Source: an uncultured archaeon
GTDB taxonomy: Archaea; Altiarchaeota; Altiarchaeia; IMC4; SCGC-AAA252-I15
DNA length: 23,243 bases
Reading direction: 5' to 3'
Assembly (NCBI GenBank): GCA_964587725.1
Contig: CAZPLO010000020.1
Span: 1-23,243 of the forward strand
Below the pieces are notes generated by a model. That model had not been told where the DNA came from, made no database searches, and worked only from the letters and a program-made list of their open reading frames with translations. This document shows positions 17,733 through 23,243 of the stretch, piece by piece. The translations under genes and the position numbers were made by a program. Position 1 is the stretch's first letter. Every line of letters starts with the position of its first letter.

Positions 17733-18926
17733 TCAACCTAGTATGTACTCTGACAGAGGCACCATGCGGACGTCACCTTCCTTTTTTGTATCCATCGTTA
17801 TGAGTACTTTTTTCCTGGTTTTAAGTCCGCGCAGTGGTTGGATGTCGTCTTCTGATATTTTTTTCTTGTATTTGACTTCCACCGCAGTGCCGTCAACTAT
17901 GAAGTCGACCTCTTTCTTGTCTGCAACGTGATATCTGACTTCTCCCAGGTTCTTTATCTTATTGTAGACGAGATTCTCTGCCAGTGCTCCTATGTCCCTG
18001 TATCCGGTGAAAACGCATCTTATGCCGGTGTCGGCTAAATATATCTTCTTCGGAGAGTATATTCTTTCGTTTAGTGATTTGCTGTCCCGTGGCACGGTGT
18101 TTATCAAGTATGTTTCTTCCATGTGTGTGATGTATTGTTTCACCGTGTCTGTTGTTATTTCCAGTATGTTTGCTAGTTTGTTGTATGTGAGTTTTTTCCC
18201 CACCCTCTCCGCCAGCAGCAGGAAGAGTTTTTTCACTATGTCTGGGTTTTTTATCCCGTAGACGCCGACTATGTCCTTGTATATGATTCCTTCAACAAGG
18301 TCTAGGAGGTATTGGCTGTCCTTCCGTAGAACGTGTTCGGGCATGCCGCCTGTTCGCATATAGTTTTCCAGGTGTTTGTGCAGCAGGTATTGCTCTGACT
18401 TTCTCACGGTCACCTGGTTGAAGTCCAGGTATTCTTGGAAGTCCAGTGGCTCCACCCTTATCTCTCTGCTCCTGCCCGTGAGATACGGTTTTTTGTGTTT
18501 TACGACCAGGCTTGAGGAGCCTGTAGCGTATGTCTTAACCTTCTCAGTGTCATATAGTGTTTTCAGGTCTCTCTCAAAGTTTTTTTTCATGTGCACTTCG
18601 TCCAGAAACAGGTATTGTTTATCCTGTCTGCTGAGTCCGTGCATCCTCCGGTATTCTCTAAGGATTTCTATGAGATTGTGGTCTTCGAAGACTGGGTGGT
18701 CTGCTGAAATATACAGTATCCTCTCTGGTTTTACGGTGTTAAGGAGTTTATGTATCAATTGGCGGGCTAGCGTGGTCTTACCCACCCTCCTCAACCCGGT
18801 TATAAAGGTGACGTGTTTCTGCTCAAGTTCATTCTCAAGCCTTTTAAGGTATCTCGGCCTTTCCACGGCATCCACCTCGTATCCGCCTTCCCACCAGGGG
18901 TTGAACTGGTATAAGACCTCCTCCAT
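17733..18926 (-). CDS. AAA+ ATPase (AAA_14 + DUF4143 type) with C-terminal PD-(D/E)xK-like domain
   Basis: FNPWW, GLRRVGKT, LFLDEVH, TGSSS, LTGR, GGMPE, PKKIYLADTG, LAEN, EVDF...VEVK. ATG at 18926 preferred over 18971. Confidence 0.9.
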   Translation of the reverse strand: MEEVLYQFNPWWEGGYEVDAVERPRYLKRLENELEQKHVTFITGLRRVGKTTLARQLIHKLLNTVKPERILYISADHPVFEDHNLIEILREYRRMHGLSRQDKQYLFLDEVHMKKNFERDLKTLYDTEKVKTYATGSSSLVVKHKKPYLTGRSREIRVEPLDFQEYLDFNQVTVRKSEQYLLHKHLENYMRTGGMPEHVLRKDSQYLLDLVEGIIYKDIVGVYGIKNPDIVKKLFLLLAERVGKKLTYNKLANILEITTDTVKQYITHMEETYLINTVPRDSKSLNERIYSPKKIYLADTGIRCVFTGYRDIGALAENLVYNKIKNLGEVRYHVADKKEVDFIVDGTAVEVKYKKKISEDDIQPLRGLKTRKKVLITMDTKKEGDVRMVPLSEYILG

Positions 18927-18954
18927 GTTCAAATATTCAGTAGATTCCTTTAAA

Positions 18955-19084
18955 TATGTTTCGACTGCCAATGGAAACTATTGCCATTATGTTTCGACTG
19001 CCAGTCGAAAGTCCATTCATTTAGTCCTAAAATTTTAGGACTTACTGGAACACGTTATTTCCCTTTCAGAAAGCAACCTGGTTG
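18955..19084. promoter_or_regulatory. Cluster of palindromes upstream of the ATPase
   Basis: 16-nt direct repeat TATGTTTCGACTGCCA (18955, 18988); TTTCGACTG-C-CAGTCGAAA (18992-19010); AGTCCTAAAATTTTAGGACT (19023-19042); CTTTC-A-GAAAG; CAACC-T-GGTTG. Confidence 0.55.
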
Positions 19085-19087
19085 AAC

Positions 19088-19124
19088 TATCCGAGGCTTC
19101 GGAGGCGTTCCTTCACCTTCTCCT
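19088..19124 (-). repeat. Isolated copy of the 3' end of the RHH gene at 20721-20924 (direct repeat of 20731-20767)
   Basis: 36/37 nt identical. Translates EKVKERLRSLG* with no recognisable RHH-coding sequence upstream. Confidence 0.85.
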
Positions 19125-19144
19125 GCCTTACTACTGTTTGAGGA

Positions 19145-19942
19145 TTAGGCGTCGTAGTCTGGTCCGGGCATGTTGCTGGCGCCTTCCGGCTTGTATCGCT
19201 GGTCCAGCAGCCGCAGTACGTTGGTGGTTTCGTCCAGTTTGATGTTGATGTCCACTGTTGATATGCAGAGGCTGCGGGCGTACGGCGACTTTATGTTGTC
19301 GCAGTAGCTGCGGTCCCTTTTTTCCTCTCCGATCCGGGTCCAGTAGCTGCCTTCGCACTGCTCCCTGTCGGATGCCTTCTGATGTCGGCTGCAGTAGCTT
19401 ATGTCTCCGCGGAAGTACGCCCAGTCGCTCCAGCACATCTTCCGGTCGCGGTAGCCGTAGGCGTCCTCGCACAACACGATGTTGTCCGTCACATACGAGT
19501 ACCATATCTTGCACTCCTGCCGCTGATAAATCTCATTACATACCAGGTGGTCGCCCGCGGCCAACGCCACACAAATCTGGTCATCCTCCTCGCATACAGT
19601 GTCGTTCCTAGTTAGATATGCGACACAGTAATCGGACTTGCACAGGGACGCGTCACCCGCGGATAATGCGTGGTCGTCGTAGCAGAACACACCCCAGTCC
19701 CGCACCAAACTCCAGTTACCGTCACATGCGCTGATACTGTGCAACGTCGTGGACGTCGTCGACGAAGTGGAAGTGGTTGACGTGGAAACAACAGTAGAGG
19801 AAGTAACCGACACTACAGTGGAGGAAGTGGTTGGTGGTGCAGAGTCTCCGCTAAGACACCCGCACAACAAAACCACTAAAACCAACTCCTTAATCCTTAA
19901 GGGATCCAATACCAGCTTCTCCAGGGTTGTTTGATTAAACAT
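19145..19942 (-). CDS. Predicted lipoprotein with Ser/Thr-rich linker and Cys-rich repeats
   Basis: Hydrophobic LVLVVLLCGC lipobox-like segment, ~30-aa S/T/V linker, then 14 regularly spaced Cys. Start uncertain. Confidence 0.7.
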   Translation of the reverse strand: MFNQTTLEKLVLDPLRIKELVLVVLLCGCLSGDSAPPTTSSTVVSVTSSTVVSTSTTSTSSTTSTTLHSISACDGNWSLVRDWGVFCYDDHALSAGDASLCKSDYCVAYLTRNDTVCEEDDQICVALAAGDHLVCNEIYQRQECKIWYSYVTDNIVLCEDAYGYRDRKMCWSDWAYFRGDISYCSRHQKASDREQCEGSYWTRIGEEKRDRSYCDNIKSPYARSLCISTVDINIKLDETTNVLRLLDQRYKPEGASNMPGPDYDA

Positions 19943-19951
19943 GTTCTCCTG

Positions 19952-20380
19952 TCAGTGTTTTCTTATCCATTCGAGAGTCTCTTTAACAGTCCATCTTTTT
20001 GTCTTGGTCTGCTCGAATGCTTTGTCTTGGCTGAATATTCCGTCGCAGTCCAGTGTCATGGCTAGGGCTAGGAATTCCTTGTCGTCTGCGTCGATTTCTT
20101 TCATTATTTCCCAGGCGTTCTTCAGGTCTTCTTTGAAGAATTCTTTTTTAACTATCTTCACTTTTTTGAGGAGGTATGTGAGGGTGAATACTATCTGGAT
20201 GTCGGCTAACCCTGTTTTCTCTTGGATGGTGTCTCTGTGGTCTATTATCTCTTCGAAGGCGTATTCGGGCAGGTATAGCTGGATTTTGTCTGACAGAAGG
20301 ATGTCGCGTATTATGGAGTTCTCGTTTATGAGTGCTGACAGGATTACGTTGGTGTCCAAAACCAGCTTAAGTTTTTTCAT
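19952..20380 (-). CDS. PIN-domain toxin
   Basis: LVLDTNVILSAL, EEI, DADDKEFLALA, IFSQDKAF. Confidence 0.9.
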   Translation of the reverse strand: MKKLKLVLDTNVILSALINENSIIRDILLSDKIQLYLPEYAFEEIIDHRDTIQEKTGLADIQIVFTLTYLLKKVKIVKKEFFKEDLKNAWEIMKEIDADDKEFLALAMTLDCDGIFSQDKAFEQTKTKRWTVKETLEWIRKH

Positions 20381-20591
20381 ATCTCTTGGTGAGGGATTTC
20401 TTTATCTCCGCGTCCAGTTCCTCCACGTCCTTGGGTGTTAGTCTGCTGTCTTGGAGTATCTGCTCCACCATCTCCCTCTCGCTGACGGCGTGTGAAAGCT
20501 CTCTGGAGACTACTTCACCCCAGTTTATCATGTCGTGTTTCCTCATCTTCTCTGATATCTCCTCCGGCACCCGTACGAACACGTCAGACAT
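20367..20591 (-). CDS. Antitoxin (RHH-like N-terminus) of the PIN at 19952
   Basis: VFVRVPEEISEKMRKH..INWGEVV; overlaps the PIN start; similar to 21691-21918. Confidence 0.8.
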   Translation of the reverse strand: MSDVFVRVPEEISEKMRKHDMINWGEVVSRELSHAVSEREMVEQILQDSRLTPKDVEELDAEIKKSLTKRYEKT

Positions 20592-20630
20592 CTTCTTAGT
20601 AAAAAATACGGTCTGCTACTTATAAATCAG

Positions 20631-20704
20631 AGATTTCCACCGGCTAGAGACCTGTGGAAATCTACTATCAAGAGCCGCCTATTCCATACCGCCGGTTCTT
20701 GATA
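20631..20704. other. Two adjacent stem-loops in an intergenic gap
   Basis: AGATTTCCAC...GTGGAAATCT (20631-20663) and TATCAAGA...TCTTGATA (20666-20704). Confidence 0.55.
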
Positions 20705-20720
20705 AAGCCTATTTCACGGT

Positions 20721-20924
20721 TTAGTCGAGGTATCCGAGGCTTCGTAGGCGTTCCTTCACCTTCTCCTCATCTTCTTTGCTGTACGCCTGCTCTTCTTCTT
20801 TGTTGACTTGTTCGAGCACCTGCTTCAGCACGTACGTCACATACTCCTCAACAGAATTGAATTCGGTGACCTTAACCCGCTCCTCTATCCCCCTGTACAC
20901 GTCGTCGGGCACTTCTACCTTCAT
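20721..20924 (-). CDS. CopG/RHH-family protein with C-terminal RLRSLGYLD tail
   Basis: VEVPDDVYRGIEERV...FNSVEEYVTYVLKQ; paralogous to 16363-16563. Confidence 0.8.
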   Translation of the reverse strand: MKVEVPDDVYRGIEERVKVTEFNSVEEYVTYVLKQVLEQVNKEEEQAYSKEDEEKVKERLRSLGYLD

Positions 20925-20965
20925 GGAATCTACATGGTCGGCGGTGAATAAATATGTCTATGATT

Positions 20966-21385
20966 TTATAGTGTGTCTAGGAATTCTCTGGTTTTGACTA
21001 CGTTGACGTGTTCTTTTATTTTCGTGTTGTGGAAGTCGTTGTCTCCTGTCACAAAGTAGTCTGGTTGGTGTTTAATGGCTGCCGCCAGTACTGGGGCGTC
21101 CTTTTTGTCTCTAATCATCTCCTTTGCTCTGCTGATGTCTCCCGCGTCCACTATGGTGATTAGTTCAAGGACGTCTGTTACGGTGTCTGTTTTTTCAGGG
21201 AATTTTCTCCGAGTTACTTCCTTAACCTCTTCTATTACGAAGTCACAGGTGATCAGTTCTATGGTTCCAGCTAAACCCATATTCAGCAGCTTGTTCTCGG
21301 CTCCTTCAAAGAATAATCCTGAAACCAGGGTGTTGGCGTCGATGAACACCCGCGGCTTACGCGTATTTCCGCTGGTATAATTCAT
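20966..21385 (-). CDS. PIN-domain toxin
   Basis: VFIDANTLVSG, EEV, RDKKDAPVLAAA, FVTGDNDF. Confidence 0.9.
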   Translation of the reverse strand: MNYTSGNTRKPRVFIDANTLVSGLFFEGAENKLLNMGLAGTIELITCDFVIEEVKEVTRRKFPEKTDTVTDVLELITIVDAGDISRAKEMIRDKKDAPVLAAAIKHQPDYFVTGDNDFHNTKIKEHVNVVKTREFLDTL

Positions 21386-21596
21386 CTCCCACTTTGTTCA
21401 GTTCTTCTAGCAGGCTCTTCTTTGTTATCCCCTTCTCTCTAGCGGTCTCCTGGAGCTCCAGGAGGGATGCCATTACCTCCAGTCTCCTGACGGCGTCGCG
21501 GACCGCCTCGCCCCTCGAAGCATACACTCCACTACCCACCAGCTGGTCCAGTCTCCTGAGTTGCTGCTCCGTCAGCCTAACCTGCACAGTCTCCAT
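21357..21596 (-). CDS. RHH/CopG antitoxin
   Basis: VQVRLTEQQLRRLDQLVGSGVYASRGEAVRDAVR. Confidence 0.85.
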   Translation of the reverse strand: METVQVRLTEQQLRRLDQLVGSGVYASRGEAVRDAVRRLEVMASLLELQETAREKGITKKSLLEELNKVGDELYQRKYA

Positions 21597-21598
21597 AG

Positions 21599-21685
21599 CA
21601 ATTACTATAGTAATTGTTCATTTATAAGCGATATTTTTCGTGTTTCTTATGATGTGGGTTTATAAATATGTGTGTGCACATATTT
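21599..21685. promoter_or_regulatory. Divergent promoter region with one operator palindrome per TA module
   Basis: Perfect CAATTACTATAGTAATTG (21599-21616) next to TTTATAA; AAATATGTG-TGTG-CACATATTT (21664-21685) overlapping TTTATAAA. Confidence 0.65.
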
Positions 21686-21690
21686 TACTT

Positions 21691-21918
21691 ATGGTTAATA
21701 TGACGTTGTCTGTGCCTGCGGAACTCCATAAAATCATTAAAAAGCACTCTGAGATCAAGTGGAGTGAGGTGGCTAGGAGGGCGATGTGGGCTCAGGCCAG
21801 GAAGCTGGAGTTGATGGATAGTATCCTATCAGGCAGCGAGTTGACGGAGGAGGATGCTGGTGAAATCGGCGGCCTGATAAAGCATGAGATAGCCAGAAAG
21901 CACGGGCTGGTTAAATGA
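21691..21918 (+). CDS. Antitoxin (RHH-like N-terminus)
   Basis: [32 protein letters not shown]; ATG at 21691 downstream of the TATA box and operator. Confidence 0.8.
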   Translation: MVNMTLSVPAELHKIIKKHSEIKWSEVARRAMWAQARKLELMDSILSGSELTEEDAGEIGGLIKHEIARKHGLVK

Positions 21919-22319
21919 AATTGGTTGTCGACACCAACCGTGTTATCGCGGCTTTGATTAAAGACGGGGTTTCCAGGAGAATACTGGCCGACCCATCATT
22001 CGACTTTTATTCCCCTGACCACACGCTCTCTGAAATACACGCGTACGCGGGCATGATACGGGGGAAGGCCAAGGTCTCGGCTGAGGAATTAGAGATTCTG
22101 TTGTCTCTCCTCTTTGAACGAATAACCATCCTCCCCCGGGAGGAATATGAAGGGTTCTTGGAGCAGGCGGAGAACATGATATCCGACGTGGACGATGTCC
22201 CATTCCTCGCCGCATCCATGGCAACCATGTGTGACGGCATATGGAGTGACGACCGCCATTTCCTCGAGCAAAACAAAATACGGGTCCTGACCACAGCCGA
22301 CATGCTCAAACTAATGTAA
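21915..22319 (+). CDS. PIN-domain toxin
   Basis: [34 protein letters not shown]. Confidence 0.9.
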   Translation: MKLVVDTNRVIAALIKDGVSRRILADPSFDFYSPDHTLSEIHAYAGMIRGKAKVSAEELEILLSLLFERITILPREEYEGFLEQAENMISDVDDVPFLAASMATMCDGIWSDDRHFLEQNKIRVLTTADMLKLM

Positions 22320-22352
22320 CGTATTTTACCCCCCCCGCCTAATATTTTTCTG

Positions 22353-23243
22353 ATGTTTGTGTGGGAGACTGCGGGGGTGTTCGTGATAGCGTTTGCTGCT
22401 ACATTGTATCTTACGCGGAAGTTCATCCGCCGCTTCCACGCCGGCGGGCATGTGGTGAAGGACATGTATAAACCTGGTCGGCCGGACGTCCCCACCATGG
22501 GAGGGATAGCGTTGATTGGCGGCGTGATGATTTCGTTGATTGCCGCGCAGCTGTTGATTCCGGATCCGGGGTTTGTGGAGCGGCTGCTGATATTCTACTT
22601 CGTCGTCTTCATCTACGGCATGTTCGGGTTGTTGGATGATTTGATTGGGGTGAAGAGCAGGTACAAGAAAATCTATATCCTGTTTTTCCTGGCGTTGCCT
22701 ATTGGGTTGTTGAACATCGACACCAACCTGAGTCTGTTGTTTTGGGAGGTTGAGATTGGGTGGCTGGCTCCGCTGGTGTTCGCCCCCGTGTATGTGATGG
22801 TTGTGTCTAACCTGGTGAACATGCATGCGGGCTTCAACGGACTGTCCGGCGGCCTCTCCTGGATATTGTTGTTGTTCACGGGGTTGAAGGCGTATTTGAA
22901 GTATGACGGCAACGTCCTCGTATTCTTGATGCCTATGCTCGGCGCTTTGTTGGCGTTTATGTGGTATAACCGTTACCCGAGCAGAATCTTTTTGGGGAAC
23001 AGTGGGACGTTGATGTTGGGTGCGTCCGTGGGCGGCCTGCTCATCCTCTATAACCTGGAGTTCTTCGGCGCCATAATCCTCATACCCCACATCGTGAATT
23101 TCATCCTGTGGGTGTATTGGCGCCTCCACATGACCGTCCAACCCCACGTGAAATTCGCCGAAGTCCTCCCCGACGGCACCATCAAACCCCCAAACAAACT
23201 AACAATGAAATACCTCATCACATCCCTATTCAACGTCAACGAA
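22353..23243 (+). CDS. aglH: UDP-GlcNAc:dolichyl-phosphate GlcNAc-1-phosphotransferase (MraY/GPT family), 3' end outside window
   Basis: Absent from the ORF track because there is no stop in the window. Manual translation: MFVWETAG...KDMYKPGRPDVPTMGG...GLLDDL...SNLVNMHAGFNGL...YNRYPSRIFLGNSG; multiple TM segments. Confidence 0.8.
   Translation, partial: MFVWETAGVFVIAFAATLYLTRKFIRRFHAGGHVVKDMYKPGRPDVPTMGGIALIGGVMISLIAAQLLIPDPGFVERLLIFYFVVFIYGMFGLLDDLIGVKSRYKKIYILFFLALPIGLLNIDTNLSLLFWEVEIGWLAPLVFAPVYVMVVSNLVNMHAGFNGLSGGLSWILLLFTGLKAYLKYDGNVLVFLMPMLGALLAFMWYNRYPSRIFLGNSGTLMLGASVGGLLILYNLEFFGAIILIPHIVNFILWVYWRLHMTVQPHVKFAEVLPDGTIKPPNKLTMKYLITSLFNVNE

Noticed and set aside
4877-19089. Amber (TAG) recoding suggested by in-frame TAGs in the wHTH, relE and RHH fragment
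   Set aside because: Full-length genes (pdaD, 6-dehydrogenase, second DegT, RelE at 16913) end normally at TAG. The three cases are better explained by mutation or insertion.
22329-22336. C8 tract upstream of aglH (also C8 at 13548-13555 and A8 at 9553-9560) as phase-variation sites
   Set aside because: The tracts are short, no frame is disrupted, and length variation cannot be seen from one sequence.

Overview
Archaeal-looking window (TATA-type promoters, near-leaderless starts, PvlArgDC, AglH-like GPT; an Altiarchaeota-like lineage is only a guess). The backbone is a surface-glycosylation locus. It has a wbpD-wbpE-wbpB-wbpA-like operon for a 2,3-diacetamido uronic acid, a second oxidase/acetyltransferase/aminotransferase triad, a translationally coupled RHH-cysD-cysN-alkaline-phosphatase-family operon, and a GlcNAc-1-P transferase running off the right edge. 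Accessory modules interrupt it: six toxin-antitoxin pairs (4 PIN, 2 RelE), a Panacea antitoxin, a GHKL-kinase/STAS pair, an AAA+ ATPase/nucleotidyltransferase pair and a Cys-rich lipoprotein, most with their own palindromic operator. A secreted subtilase and pdaD lie at the left. Four unexplained signals stand out: (1) an LRxLGY C-terminal tail shared by CysD and two small RHH proteins; (2) a 54-nt in-frame double-hairpin insertion with an 8-bp flanking duplication in the 3' end of a relE gene; (3) a 36/37-nt duplication of an RHH gene's 3' end bracketing a 1.6-kb cassette; (4) an orphan kinase/STAS switch preceded by two identical 17-bp palindromes. All family calls come from motif recognition by eye, with no database searches.
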